From NCBI GenBank assembly GCA_009602725.1, contig WELB01000024.1, forward strand, positions 463,450-512,214: a stretch of DNA of 48,765 nucleotides, given 5' to 3'. Position numbers and translations under genes: made by a program. How positions within the stretch are numbered: the first letter of the stretch is position 1; every line of letters starts with the position of its first letter. A model generated the notes under the pieces. It saw only the letters and a program-made list of their open reading frames with translations, had not been told where the DNA came from and did not search any database. Source of the stretch: Spirogloea muscicola (Eukaryota). Positions 1-13,950 of this stretch are shown piece after piece.

Positions 1-500
1 GGGTGTTACGGGGGTCGGTGGTCCTCGTTACTTTCGCTGCTGGCCTCTCAAGCTGACCAGCGTCGCCGGGAACGGGGTGCAGCCCTTCCCGGTGGCTCGG
101 TGCCTTTGGGTCTTGTGTCCTGCTACCGTATGCGCTTGTCTATGTCCCTACAGCGGTCCCAGGCGATTGCTTTGCATCGCCGGGCTGGTCGCGCCCTTGC
201 AGCAGCCTCTGGTTTGCGCAGCGGGGTTGCTCTTCCTCCCCTCAGCTCATGTAGCTGCTAGATGCTAGCTGCTACGTCATAAGATGTGCTTACCTCTGTA
301 CTTGGCCATACTGGCCTTCGACTGTTTCAAATACACGAAATTTTCTCCGCTCATCTGACTTCCTACTGCTGACTCGGGGGTATTGAGGGCGCCCTGTCTG
401 CCTAGCCTTTGGCTCCGTCATGAACACCTGTATGCATCTGGCTGGCAGTTTACAGGCCGATTTTTAAACATCAGCAGCCGCTACTTCTACCCTCTTCCCA
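1..500 (+). mobile_element. Fragmented 3' ends of REL-type (CRE/R2-like) non-LTR retroelements
   Basis: Frame 1 from base 1 reads GCYGGRWSSLLSLLA...YRMRLSMSLQRSQAIALHRRAGRALAAASG, homologous to the C-terminus of ORF 47789..48472. A second piece at ~345-392 reads SSDFLLLTRGY*. It is followed by a 3' UTR ending ...tttaaacatcagcagccgc that recurs at ~17660, ~36300 and ~45470. Confidence 0.75.
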
Positions 501-582
501 AATCCCCAAACCCCGGCAAGCCCCTGAAGTTCCGCCTGAGCCGCAGCCGCCGCCGCCGTCGCCGCCGCCGAGCGCTGCGCCC

Positions 583-2048
583 ATGTGGAAGCAGCGCTGC
601 GTGGCGCTGCCGGCCGCCAGCCGCGGCTGCCACCTCGTCACGCGGCAGGTCCGCCCGCACGCCCGGGCCGCGCCAGCGCTCCGGGCTGGCCCCGGAGTCC
701 TGCCGCAGCTGACGGCGGCCGTCGCGCCGGCCCGTCTCCGAGCGCTTGTGCAGATCGTGAAGGATCTGGAGAAGGACCTGGCAGGCTTCAAGTGCGGCCT
801 CGCCCACCTGTTCCGTGAGTCCTCCCGATGCCACCGCTGCAACCCAGTGCCGGCGCGCCCGAGCCCACGCCAGCTTCATGCCCCACAGAAACTCGTTTCC
901 AGTCACGGCCTCGAGGGATCGTTTCAATTTGCGCCTATCAATGGTCCTGCTGCGCAAACACAGCTTGTCGGCGTAGCTTATATGCCCTGATCATTCGAAG
1001 TGTAGGCCTTGAGGCCAACCTTAAATGGGCTGGCTCGGAGTTGACGTTCGCTCCGGCCTGTGCCGCTCTCCTGGCCCCCTGGCTGCTGCAGTGCAGCACA
1101 CGAGCGCGTCTATCACGCTGAATGAGAACTACGACGCCGACGTCCGTGCCGACACCGAGACGTTCCTCAGTAGCATCGTGCCGGAGGTGCACAGTAGGAG
1201 ACACGGCATTCTCCATCACACCGGCAGCCAGGCTAGCCTTTGGCTTGAGCATTGCCGAGCGCCCGAAAGAGGCAGGCGTGCCGGAGCTTGGCGCAGCCCA
1301 CCTCAGGCTGATGTCTGAGGTGGGCTCTTGACGCCCAAACTCAAGCGCGTGCTTTGCTCCGCTGCCATAGGGCCGCAATGCCCCCTGGCGTCACACCATC
1401 GAGGGCCCTGACGACATGCCCGCGCACATCAAGTCCAGCATGCTTGGCTGCGAGCTCACGTGAGTGCCGGCCACCCGGCTGGCCGCGCCCTCCACCTGGA
1501 TGATATGGCCGAAGCAGGCTACGAGAAGAGCATGCGGCGATGGAAGCAACTCATCTGCAGGATAGTCTTGATGGTCCTATATGCGCTAAGTGAGGGCTGG
1601 TGACTCTCAGTAAAGCTGCAGATATATCATGCCCAGAGATGGCCCAGCGTTCTCAAGAAGCATGCTTATTGCATCATCCACCTCTGTGCTGGCTCCTCAT
1701 GACTGCGACATGACTCTCTTGCGGATGCAGGATTCCCATCACCGATGGCCGACTCAATCTGGGCACGTGGCAGGTTGTCCTGCACCTGACCTTACATTGC
1801 AAGCATATCAATAGGTCATTAGGCCTTGCTTATGCATCACTTGGTGTCAATTGCACATGCACAAGCCGGTTCTGCTATGCCCTCTCCCCCCAGCCTTGTA
1901 CTTGTTAGCGACACCCTGCAGGATTTGCATCACACAAGAGATGGTTGTTCTCCATGGGCAGGGCATCTGGCTCTGCGAGCACCGGGACAATGCAAGTTCT
2001 CGAAGTATTGTGGTGACAATGACTGGTGCTTCAACGACGGGTGCTTGA
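583..2048 (+). CDS. yjbQ: YjbQ/UPF0047 family protein (secondary thiamine-phosphate synthase-like), 6 exons
   Basis: GT-AG exons 583-648, 754-814, 1092-1186, 1371-1459, 1731-1773 and 1962-2048 splice in frame to [75 protein letters not shown], the canonical YjbQ motifs. Confidence 0.93.
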
Positions 2049-2353
2049 GGCAGCCGCAACAATCTGTAACACCCATGGTTCTCTCAAACTCATCATGCTG
2101 CCATGATCATTGCCACACTCGCCTGGCACATGCTTGTAAAACACAAGTGTCGCTTACAATCAGGTGTCAAATTTGACACATGTAAATATATACTGCATTG
2201 GCATCTCATCCAATTTCTACGGGCCAGTGGGTCAGCAACTCAGCAAGAAAGAGCCTGCATAGGGACAAAGCTACACAAAGCAAGTGCTTCAGAGCTTGAG
2301 GTGTTCTGTGAGGTTGCCCGCTATGTGTAGTCACAATATGTCTATCTCTACGC

Positions 2354-4448
2354 TTACTCCACAATGCCATAGGCCTTCAGCACCTTGCGAAGCAGCAGCG
2401 CCGCTATTGCCACTGCCAGTGCAGCTGCCAGGCACGTGAGGGCACGGTCACTTGGCTGCTGCTTTGCCAGCACCATCTGTGCACCTGTTGCTAAGGCAGG
2501 CATCACCTGGCACCCATGAGGAAGATCCGGCTGGGTTGGCGTCGGGCTGGTGTCTGACATCCCAGTACTAAGGACAGCATGTCTAGTATCAATTGCACAA
2601 CCAGCATCAAGGACCTGCTCCTTGGTAGGAGGAGGTAGGCCATCAGCGAGTGCACTGCGGCAGGCATCTACTTGAGGCCTGATGTCATCAGCAGGTCCCA
2701 CCAGCGGCCCACTTTCCCTAGACACACCAGGTTCTAGAGCAATTTCCGCTTCTCGTGTCACTTCTTCTTCCACTCCATTTGTTTCTCTCTGCACCATATT
2801 TGGGCTTGGGCTTGACTCTGAGACCCGTTGGATGTCAGGTATGGGCGGGGCAGTCTCCAACATCTGCTGATGAAGCTGAACAATGGCAGCATATGCAAAT
2901 TTGTATTGGCAAGGGTAATCATGGCCAAGCGCGGAATCATGCAAACTACAAGCAAACTAGCCAAGCACAAACAACCAGACCTGTCGTGTACGTAAAATGC
3001 ACCTGGCAGAAGTGCAGAGGAGCTATGAAGGAAATGCCATTTGACAAATTATTTACGGGGGGAGGGGAGGGGGGGGAGGTGAATCACAGTACCTCATCTA
3101 TTACCCTCTGGCAGGCTGGGCTGCCAAACTTGGGCGGTGCAAGCCGCGACTTGATGGCCAGCATCCTGCGCTCCTCCTTGGTATAGTCAAGCGAGCCCAA
3201 GGCTCCGTCGGGCTTGGTGGGGAGGAACGCAATCAGAGCAACAAGAGCAGTCCTGACTGAAGAGATGACCACAGGGGCAAATGAAAATCAGAAGCTGTTG
3301 GTGGCATGGCAAACACTGGCTGGACTGCCGCTGCAACATGAAGAAGGACAGTGTGTGATGCTAGTCCACCCCACTACAATCTATGACGAAGACGCAAGCT
3401 GCAGTCCCTCACAGCACCTGATCCAGCTCTAATGAAAATGGTGCAGCTGCTTTCATGAAAGGAGGTAAAAGCCCCTCTGACTAACAGCAAGTCACTTGTG
3501 ATTGCAAACACTTTCCTGCACATGAGAAGTTACAAAAGGACATACGTATTGAGGAGCAGAGATTGGACTTACTACTCCAGGAGGGCTGCCAGTGTTCTGG
3601 GTGGTGCTGAGAGATGCTCAGGCATATCTTGCTTTGGACCTCGAACCTGCCACTGGGCTGAGCCAATAAAGACCAGAATAGTGAACCACATTGATGTGCA
3701 ACACAGGACAATGCAACTCCATATGGCAGTCATGAATACTTTTAAATACTGCTCTTAGGTGACATCCTTAGCAGTTGCCAGGGAGCCCAGCACTACATCC
3801 ATAATACACAACAGGGCGGTTAGTGCAATAAGTTATAGAACGCAATGTTCGTACCGAGAGGAGCATGAAGGCAGGAGGCTTGAAGGGGTACTCGGCAGGG
3901 AGTATTATCCGCCCATGGTAGATGCCACCCTCAAATTCCGTGTCACGTGGCCCGTGGATCGCAAATTGCCACTCGAATATGTCCTCCTGATTAGGGATGA
4001 TTTCAGCGTCACAACTCCTGGTTTTACTCTAGACAAAGCACGTAGCAACATATGCTGATCGAGGCAAGGGGACTGGTGCCATGTGCTGCTACCTGATCCA
4101 TTGCCTAGATGCCTCCGAAAAGGAGACTGTAGGAGTCCAGACTGCAGGCAGTCTACAGACTGCAGGACTACAGTCTGCGATAACTGTATCCCGCGGCTTA
4201 CGCCCCCTGTCGTGCGGACGCCCGCTTGCCGTTGCAGGTGGCACAGCGTGGGAGGGGCTCGTGAGAGCCGCCACCAAGTCGGCCAGCGCAGCCTGCGACA
4301 GGATGGCGGTGGTGCCGCTTACCTCCAGGGGCATGGAGGAGTAGTCCCGGCTGGGGTCGCGGCGCATCTCCTTGACCTCTTGCAGGATGCGCTTGACGGC
4401 CGGGTTCTTGAGGTTGTACTGCGGCTTGGCGTCGTCGGCGGCCGCCAT
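2354..4448 (-). CDS. UBC32: Tail-anchored ERAD ubiquitin-conjugating enzyme (UBC32/UBE2J1 type), 5 exons
   Basis: Spliced product reads YNLKNPAVKRILQEVKEM | EDIFEWQFAIHGPRDTEFEGGIYHGRIILPAEYPFKPP | SGRFEVQSKICLSISQHHPEHWQPSWS (catalytic Cys) | IRTALVALIAFLPTKPDGALGSLDY | with a C-terminal TM segment ALTCLAAALAVAIAALLLRK. All introns are GT-AG. Confidence 0.93.
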
Positions 4449-5299
4449 GACGGCCGGCCGGGGGGCGACGCCCCCGGGAGGAGGCCGTGGCCCCGGCAGC
4501 GGCCTCCCCGAGCGCCGGCTGCGGGGGCCGCACCACCCGCAAAAGCCCCGTCGCCAGCGGCAGAGGTACTGTCTCAGATGGGATCAGCGCGGATGGCAGG
4601 GACGCCGGCTTGACCACACCGCGATTCACGAGCGGCGGCTCCTGGCAGCTCCCTCAGGCACGCCGCCACCGCCGCGGCTGTCGCCGCCGCTGGCGCCACC
4701 CCCGTCCCCGCCGCCACCGCCGCCGCGACTGCCGCCACGCGTGGCGAGCCTGGAGGCAGAGCGCGCGACGGCGGCGGCGGCGGCGACGGCGCTGCTAATG
4801 ACCGCCAGGCTCTGCAGCCGTGTCCTCGGAGCATAGAGCGGCCGGCCAGAGACCGGAACCGGGCCCTCTTCACACTTCCGGCCTCGATATTACACCGTGG
4901 CCTGGACTTGAAGTCGAGCGCCTGTCAGGGCCGTCAAGGGCCTGTAGCATCCGCAGCGGCAGGATTTAGGGCCGACTCGGCCCTAGCGCGTCGCGGTGCG
5001 GGTGAAAGGCTTGTATGTGGGAAAGCATTCCCTGACTGATTCACACAGGTGGCCCGGGCGCGGGGCAGGCCGGAAGGTCGCCCGGCCCTGGCGACGCCTC
5101 CGATTGGCTGGCCGGCTGGCTGGCTGGCGCCTCTGATTCGCCACTCGCCCCGGAGCGACGTGGCGCTCAGCTGTCGAGAAAAGGCCTCCCTATAGCGGCG
5201 GGTGCAGCCGGGCAAGCTGCCCGTTATGTCGTCGACAACTATATAGGTCGGTAGCCTGGCCTGCCCCCAAGCCGGCCCCCTTGGCTTGGGGGGGCCGGC

Positions 5300-7445
5300 T
5301 TGTTCCGCCGTGCCGTTCACTCTTTTTTGGGCTGGCTATTCCTGCCCCTATCCTCAGTCAATCTGGCCGCGCTTCTTCTGTCCTCAATGGGCGAGCACTT
5401 TCATCTTGGGGGTCGCATGCGGAGAAAGGCGCGTGGTGCACATGTACCAGAAAGGAAGGTGCTCGCCCATTGAGAAGAGGGGCTGGCAAAGCCAACCCAA
5501 AAAGAATGGACAATGTTCAAAGCCAAAGAAAGAGGTGCTGAAAAAGGACTACACTACAAAGTGCAAGACGGTGCAGAGGGAGATGCAGATGGCTGTTCAG
5601 TATCCACGTGTGAGCAACAGCAGATCAGAGTAACTCGGAGCAGGAGAAGCGGCACTTTGCCGNGCCAATACATTGTTCAGGCAGAGTCGAGTGCAGACTA
5701 AACAATGCTATATAATACGGAGACCTAATCTAAGGTACCTAAGATGACATTAGTACCCACGGGTGAGCACAAACAAATCTGACAAGCTAACTTGGGGAGC
5801 TGGAGCGCCGCCACGAAAGCCGGAGGCCTGACTTAGAGCGCGCCCTGCACGTTGATGAAGAGCTGGAGGAGATACAACCAGCCACTGCCAAAGGCCCCGT
5901 GTACGTCAACGGCCAGTGCCGCGAAGGCATCGCCTGGAGGGTGGTCAAAGTACTTGCGCTCCTTACAGCTGGGTGACTGCGTTGTTTATGTCAAAAGGGC
6001 ACAAGTAGTGACAAAGCTGGGGGCTACACAAAGCGAAGCCCCAGGCTAAGTGGGGCTGAGCTGACTGAGCGACAACCACAGCTGGAGGGTATCTCAATAA
6101 TCGTCCAGCGAGCACATATAGGACCAGCCAGGCTACCATTGGGAGCCGGAGCACCGCAAGCCAGTACACTATGTAAGTAGGAAAGAATTTTTACAGGGGC
6201 TACGTTTACAAAACAAAAAACACAACTGAAGGGTAGCAAGCGGAGTAATCGCCCGATTCATGCCTTTGGGGGCTGGCCTCTCACATGGAGATGCCAGGGC
6301 TTTCCGGCCCCTTCAAACCTTGTCCATCTTTTCGGGCTGGCCTCGCTCTTGCTCCCCTCGGAAGTTGTAGCTCTGCCACTGGAAGAAGTAAGATCCTCGA
6401 AAGGGGGAGCTTGGAAGAGCTTATTTCTTACGGAAGAGCTTTCCCAAAGCTTTCCCGTAAAATGATCACTCATAACCTCTAGTGAGGAGCCGCAAACCAG
6501 AAGACTAGAAGCGCGGAAAGCAATCCCCCCAACGAAAGCCAGAGGCTGCAGCTAAAGCACGGCCACGACGCAGATGCCAGGCGTGGGCCATGGACCGCTG
6601 GAGTGATCTGAACAGGCGAATGCGAAACACCTGCACTAGCGAGCCAGCAGCGTTGAAGGCGTCTGCTTGCCTCGCCTGCGGGACACAGCGCGTCGCGCAA
6701 GCCGGCCCAATATGTCAAGCCACTGAGACCCGAAAGCCCCGTGCACATCTATGGCCAGTGGGACGTACTCGTCCCTGTACTGGACGAGCTTACAGAGGAA
6801 GGAGTGAGTTCTTCCAAGACTATGCAAGTATCATGCAGGATAATCACTTAGTAACCTCTTCTTAGCAGCCTGAAGTTAGAAAGACTACCCCCCCAAGGAC
6901 CAGTCCCCTTGACGAAAGCCAGAGGCTGCAGATAGAGCACAGCCAGCACGCAGGTGCAAGGCGTTAGCCATGCTCAGGTATGTGCTTCAGCGCTTTTCTT
7001 CTTTTTTTGGCCCCTTCGGGCCTCGTCGATTCTTTGCGGCCTGGCTTTTCAAAGAAGAATTGCGCGCCCATAGAGAAGAGGGCTGGCAAAGCCAGCCCAA
7101 AAAGAATGAACAATGTCCAAAGCCAAAGAAAGAGAAAGCGCGGCCAGATTGACTGGTGGCTGGGAAAGAAAGAGGTGCCGTAAAAGGACTACACTACCAA
7201 ACACGACAACGCACTAGGGACCTCAGTGCCCTCGAGTGAGCAACAGCAGGTCGGAGTAGCTCGTTGCTGGGAAGGAGGCACTCCGCCGAGACCCAGAGGC
7301 AGCGGCCATAGCACGTCCTGCTCGCCTGTAGACGGCCTTGGGCAAGGGATCGTTGGAACGATACCGCCAGGCGCATGCGGAAGACCTGGGCTAATGAACC
7401 GGCGGCGTTGAAGCCGGGCGGCGTCACTCTCGCCCGACGTCAAAT
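5300..7445 (-). mobile_element. Cluster of truncated REL non-LTR retroelement 3' ends with 3'-UTR hairpin copies
   Basis: Minus-strand pieces encode KERKYFDHPPGDAFAALAVDVHGAFG (~5880-5965), YVPLAIDVHGAFGSQWLDIL (ORF 6636..6827), GFNAAGSLAQVFRMRLAVSFQRSLA (ORF 7194..7427) and several ...LTRGY* ends. Hairpin copies lie at ~5316-5398(+), 5459-5511(-) and 7063-7111(-). Confidence 0.8.
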
Positions 7446-7684
7446 TAGTCTTCTTCAAGTTAGTGCTCCCAACGCCGGTCTGCAATCCCTCGGCCGCCAC
7501 CGCGGCCACCCCGCCGCACTCCCGGCACGCCGCGGCCCGCACCCGAGCTCCAGCGGCCATGCCGGCAGCTCCAGCGCTGGAGACGCGGCCGCGCCGCCAA
7601 GGCCTTGTCGCCGCCGCCGCCCGCCGAGGCCTTCAGCGCCGCCGCTGAGCGCTGCGGCCTGCCAGCGGCGCCGCAGCGGCCACC

Positions 7685-10600
7685 ATGTACGGTGGAGGTG
7701 AGCTGCTTTCCCAGCTGGCCTCAGCTTTCAAGACATAATAGCTGTGCGAGGACCAGCCGTCGGGCCGGAGGCGCGCAGGCCCGTCTTCCGGCAGGGCAGG
7801 ATCGACGGCAGGGGCGCTTGCCTGAGCCCCTGCGATGGTGCTCACCCGAGCGGGGCGTCCGCCGCAGACGAGGTGTCGGCGATCGTGCTCGACTTGGGCT
7901 CCCACGCCATCAAGGCCGGCTACGCGGGCGAAGACTCCCCCAAGGCCGTCTTCCCCTCGGTGAGAGAAGGGGCTGCTGGAAGGTGGCTCGCTGCTGCTGC
8001 CTGTCCAGCCAGCGGGCCCATTGCCATTGGCAGCAGGAGGGCACGGCAATGGCTAACGACAAGGCCCACTGAGCTTCCTGCAGACCAAGCACCCCGTCCC
8101 TCAGAACCCCTGAGCATGAAAGCAGTGCCTACCAAACCCCAGGCTAACCTTGCTTGGCGCAGGCCGTCCTTCGGGACGGCCGACTTCAGCCATGACCTGA
8201 CTATACTCAGACGCGCCCACTCCCTGGGACGGGCCAGAGGGCTACGGCTCGACATAGATCTCCTGGCGCCGCCGTGGAGCTCCATGCACGCCCTTGTGGC
8301 CATCAAGCTCGTACAGCCGAAGCAGCAATAAGGACACAGACTCTTAGTTAGTACACCAATGCTGCAGGTTGTGGGCGTCGTTGCTCAGTCCGAGGCCGAC
8401 CATAATGGTGTCAGCCACCCAGCTGCCAATGGCAAGGAAGGCTCACAGCAGAAGGGCGCAAGGAAGCTCTATGCCGGGGCCTCTGCGCTGGGCTATCGGC
8501 GCGATCAGTGCGAGGTGGCTGCTCTTGAACATGCCCCTTCACTCCATTTGAAGTAGCCGTGCAGGTGCCTGCATTTCGAATATGCTCAATGGAAATCTTC
8601 TGCATCTGCATGCTCCAGGTTCTAAGCGAGCCACATCTTGCCACCATGCTCTTACGCCAATGAACATCCGTGCAGTGCAGGCCATTCCTGCTATGAAGGA
8701 TGGTCAAGTTGCAGACTGGGAGCTGGTGGAGGCCCTGTGGAATCACGCACTGAGGTGCGCCGAGCACAGCCTTGCCCACGCTCCAAGAAGCTTCTTCTTG
8801 CGATTGCATACACGTAGACCGCAAATGGCAAGGTCCCCATTCTGACAGGATAGCGGGCTCGGGAGTGTGCGCAGAGACAGGCTGCTCATCAACCCCCAGG
8901 AGCATCCTATGCTGCTGGCTGAGCCCTCCTTTGTCGCAGCGTCACTGCGAGAACGGTGAGTTGCACCTGCCGCCTTGAGGTGGGCAGCCACCATCCAGTA
9001 CTCGTAGCCCGACAGAAACAATTTTGTCCTCGGATATGTAGCGATTATAGCCATATATATCTGGCGCGAATAAGGCGGATATATAGCCCCTCTATTTAAT
9101 AGCTTATTACAACTTTTACTTTGACCTGCGGGTGTAACGTGGGCAGCTTTGTTGAGCCCATTTTCGAGACAGCCTGATGATAACAACTTTACCAAAGTCC
9201 ATGGCAGCGTGGCTACTGACCTGCAAAACCTGTGTGAGCAGGTGTGTTGAGCTCATGTTTGAGACACAGGCCGTGCCTGCACTTTTTCTCGCCAAGAATG
9301 CCGTGAGTTCGCAAATGTGCCTCCCTCGATATGACCTTGCACACTGTCTAGGGAGTCCACAGCATACTTGGCACTTAGAAGAGCCCACCTTGCAGCAGGC
9401 ACCACCTTGCATGGTGGCACTTGAAGGACTGAAGAAGACTGACGAAGCGCTTTGTCTTTCTTGAACCTGTCTTTGGCTCTTGGAGAGATAAGTGCATGCA
9501 CTTTTACCAGCGAGACGAAGGTGGCGGCGTTGGTAATATTGAGGCTCACACATTGTGTCATGCTACCCAACTTGCAGGTCCTGACTTCGTTCGCTTCAGC
9601 TCGGTCGACGGCACTTGTGGTGGACAGGTGAACGGACGCACTGAACAACTTGATTCAGCAGTCATTGGCAAGCAGCTCTGCAGCTTGTACAAAGCTTAGA
9701 AGGCAGGACATTGCTTGCACAGGAGCACTACGCTCTTCAGTCGTGCCTCAATGTAAAGTGCGCGTTCTGCAGCGTACACGATACTAATCTTGCAAACTGC
9801 TCACCATCCTTAGCGGAGGCTCTGGGACTACCATTGCTGCTGTCCACGATGGATATGTTCTGCAGAAGGTGTGAACGGTGTAGCTTGCTTGCACTCAGCC
9901 ACTTATTAGATTACTTCTTCTATGTGCACTGATAGTTGTGACTGCCACGCCCACCATCTAGAGCTTGGCACCCTATCCTGCCTTAGTGAGCCACTCTCCT
10001 TTGCTCAATGAGTACTGATGCAAAGTCACCATTCCTGCAATCATAGTCCATCGGGAGGACAGTGATCGGAGGAGATGTTTTGACGGAGTGCATGCTCAAG
10101 CTAATGGAAGGCAAAGGAGTCACGGTAAGCACCTAAGGCCACCGCACAAGTGCATGAGCAATGTATCCACTTAGACAAATGGGACAGCATTCGGACAGCC
10201 CGTGTCTCATTCGCAGAGTGCCTATCCTGGACGTGAGAAGTGTGACTGCTTCTTGCCGTGATTTTGCCTCGAAACCTGTCTCAGTGGGTGCAATAAGTAA
10301 TGTGACACCTTGCAACCTTTGGATCAGATCAGGCCTCGATATTCCTTCAAGCGGAAGGAGGTGCAGCCTGGGGAATTTGAGGTGCTCATCTGCAGTGTCC
10401 GCGCACCCTGCTTGACCTGCAGAACGTGCTTGCAACTTTTGGCAAGACCCACAAGTGGGATAGTATGCTCTCTTGTGCTCCAGTCAGACACTTCAGAAAT
10501 TTGAAATCTGCAGTCTCATGCTCAGGTTGTCAACCTGGAGTTCTCAAAGACTGCAGAATCCTATCGGGTGTACATGCAGGTTCATTTGTATATGCTATCC

Positions 10601-12699
10601 CTACTTAGATTAGCAATGTTCTTGTTTAGCAGGTTGATTTCCAGCGTTGTGCAGAATCTAAGATATACACATTCAAGTACAATCTCTACTCCCATCGTGT
10701 GACCCCCAAGGGACAGCAGACCACCATAAGCAGAGCGGCACTGGCCCTGAAAGTAGACAAGTTTGCCTCATGCAGAGGGCAGTGGCAGCAGATATGAAAG
10801 AAACAGTCTGTCGGGTACCTGATTCAGCTTTTGAAGGTAAGAAGCAGCCTGCAGCTGACAAGACTTCCTGTTGCCTGGATAGATATGAAGTGTTAGCTAT
10901 TGTATAGAGTTAGACGTTTGAGGGTTCAGACTATAGTTCTGACCACCTTTCACTTGCACTTTTTCACAAGAATTGCGCACATCTTTGCAACTGCTTGAAG
11001 TTGCTCAGTCTGCACAGTGCTTTGCATTGTTTGACGCCCTAATCGTCATTGGTCTTTCTCATTGCACAGAAAGCGCCTACACCAACATCCCTACCACTCC
11101 CTATGAGCTACCTGATGGCCAGTACGCTCTAAGCACGCCTGTTCGACTTTGACGTAGGATGATAATAGGGATCATTAGATCACCTTCTGGTCAAGTTCTT
11201 GCATGATTTGCATAACCTTTACCTAGGCCGTTCATAGTTAGTGCAGCAGGTGTGCCCCTGATTCAGACCAGTGTCTGTCTGTAGATATGGCACTATCTAC
11301 GACAATGTATATTGCTGCTTCTATGACACTCTGGGTTGATCTCCACATCTCCTGCTGCATGTCATACATCATATTTGGTCCATGTTGTAGGATGATTGAA
11401 GTCGGGAGTGATCGCTTCAGAGTGGCTGAAGCCTTGTTCAACCCCGCCATTGTGAAGGTGAGCACCTTTTCAATAATTACCTCGGACGTACTTAACCTCA
11501 CACAGATCATTCGTAACCTCTGTACTGCTGATACTGCAGACAAGAATCAATTCGTGAATAATACCTGCGTCATATGACTCTTGCAGACTGTACCAAAGAT
11601 GGAGGACTTTTCTATTGAGGGCTTGCAGGGTCTTCCGCAAATGGTATTCACCTGCGAACCTTCATGGGCTGGCAGACAGTACAACACATTGTTGCACCAT
11701 ATGAGCTGGTTCAATATCTTTTGAAGCTGCCTCACCACCCGCCTTCTTGGCTGCATATTCTTGACATTTGCGTGCGAGCGATACCAGGTCATCGAGAGCA
11801 TCAACAAGTGTGACGCGGATGTCAGGCGTGATCTTTTCAGCAGCGTCCTGGTACTCTCACTGAAGCAAGATCTTTTCTTAAGCCATGCATGCCCTCAAGC
11901 GCCCTATTTCAAATTCGACTTGACTGACTTTAGTGAATTGGTCGAGAATGCTTTCTCGACCAATTCATTAGTGCTTTGCTGTGCACCATCTTTCACACTT
12001 ACTCCTGCTGGCTCCACTTGATGAACTAGTTGTCAGGAGGCAGCACCGTCATGCAGCAGATGAAGGAGCGACTTGAGAAGGAGCTCCTAGACGTGAGCTC
12101 CGCTGTCCTTATGCTTCCCTTTCCTTGACAAGCGGTGCGTCTTTCTAATTGTGCCAGAATCGTTCTAAACTTCTCATATTGAATTCCGAGGAATGGTCTG
12201 TGACTGTCTTATGACTTTCTGCTTTTCTCTCATTGTGCACGCATGGCTTCAGGAAGCACCTCCAGCGGCACGGGTGAAGGTCCTCGCAAGCGGCAACAGC
12301 ATTGAGCGCCGCTTCAGGTACCTCTCATTTTTGCTAAGTGTGCTTGCATCAGCTAAAGTGTGCCAGATTATTCTTGTGGATGTATTTGAAAGCAGAGTGC
12401 TTAAACACCCATCTGAAATCTGTGACGTCTTCTGGTGGCAGCGTCTGGATTGGCGGCAGCATCCTGGCGTCCATGGGGTCGTTCCAGCAGATGTGGTTTT
12501 CTAAATCTGAGTAGGTTTCTCATGCTGGAACTTTGTAAATATGTGACATATGCATCTCACATGCACCAGCTGCTATGGTGTCACACCGCAGCTTGAGAGT
12601 GTAAACTGAGATAAGTCTGCCGTTCAGTTTCTGACCTTGCGTGGCTGAGCCAGGTACGAGGAGCACGGTGCCCATTACGTGCACCGGAAGTGCCCGTGA
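7685..12699 (+). CDS. ARP4: Actin-related protein 4 (nuclear ARP4/BAF53), many short exons
   Basis: Starts ATG TAC GGT GGA G|gt ([35 protein letters not shown]). Continues [100 protein letters not shown] (TGA at 12697-12699). Confidence 0.95.
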
Positions 12700-13950
12700 C
12701 TCTTGCTGGTGTGCATTGTACGGGGTACTAGCTCTGCTCATTGCGGGAGGATAGAGTGAGCATGGTGCTTGCATGTCAGCACAGTGGAGACGCCCTTATG
12801 AGTGGCTGGTCGAAGTCACTGTTCCCGCTTGCTGTGTCTCTTGTTGCTTGTGACTTGCGCTCTTGGCTGCTCTCTTCCATCTGATCCTTCATGCTTATTC
12901 AAAAGCCTTCCTTTTCCTTGGGTCTGGCCCGGTGATCCATGGGATGGAGCCCGTGGTTGGCTATCATCCAGACAAGAGCCAAAACATGGCTTTGATGAGA
13001 GGCATGTGACGACACATGCCAATTACAGGCTCTACTTTCTTCACAGGCACCCTGTATCTGTGTGGGACCCCTCCTTTGCTTGCTTGTCCTTGTCCTGACA
13101 CTCAGACGGTCCTGGTCTCTGTGAGCATAACAAGCGTGCGCTCTGATTGCAACAGCAAGACTTAGAAGATGAGAGGCTAAGCGAAATGAATGGAGATTGA
13201 CCTACTCAAGGCTACTTTGAGCTGTTGGCCATCTCCCAGCTTGCAAAGCTGTTCATTGCAGACCTCACACCAGCGATCCTACAAGAAGCCGAAGTCTGTG
13301 AACCTACACAAAGCCAAGTCAGTCAGGGTGCCAATGTTCCACACAGCATCGGCCCCTGGCTGCATGCCGGCTGCGCTCTTTCTGCAACTCCTCTGCCCCC
13401 CCTGCTGGCAGCATTCCACACACTATGTGGTGTGACAAGGCAATCAATTTTACGATGAATCAGGTAAGGGGAAGTCACGAGTACAAGATACACGACCGGA
13501 AAGCAAAGAGGGTTATCTTCCACAGTGGCGGTGGCTGAGCAGGGCCGGGCCCAAAGCAGGGGCAAGTGTCTGCATGACAGGAGTGACTGTAGTAGGAGAT
13601 CAGAGCAAGTGGAGTGTCATACCCTGTCTTGGGCTGGCCAATCACAGCCGCCGCCCTCTACTGCAAGAGTCTTTCTTCGAGTGGAGTGCCTGTCGGCTCT
13701 CAAGGAAGAGCTCAGAGTCGGAGTGCATGGTGAAGTTGGGGTGCTGTGAGGCCGCCGCCGCCGCCGCCTGAGCTGCGCCCGGCGGCCGCCAATAGCCATA
13801 CCGCGCCCGTCCCTGACGTGAGGCGCCGGTCGGATGCGACGCAAGCGGGCGACGGCGGCGTCAGCGGCGGCCCCATGGGCGCCATAGCGGGAGCGCCGCC
13901 ACAGCCGCCGGCCCTGCCTCACTCGTCGCAGCCCGCAAGTGGTCGTTTAC

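Noticed and set aside
4574..4873. Ala/Pro-rich ORFs upstream of UBC32
   Set aside because: This is GCC-rich leader/promoter DNA like that in front of the other genes, with no domain.
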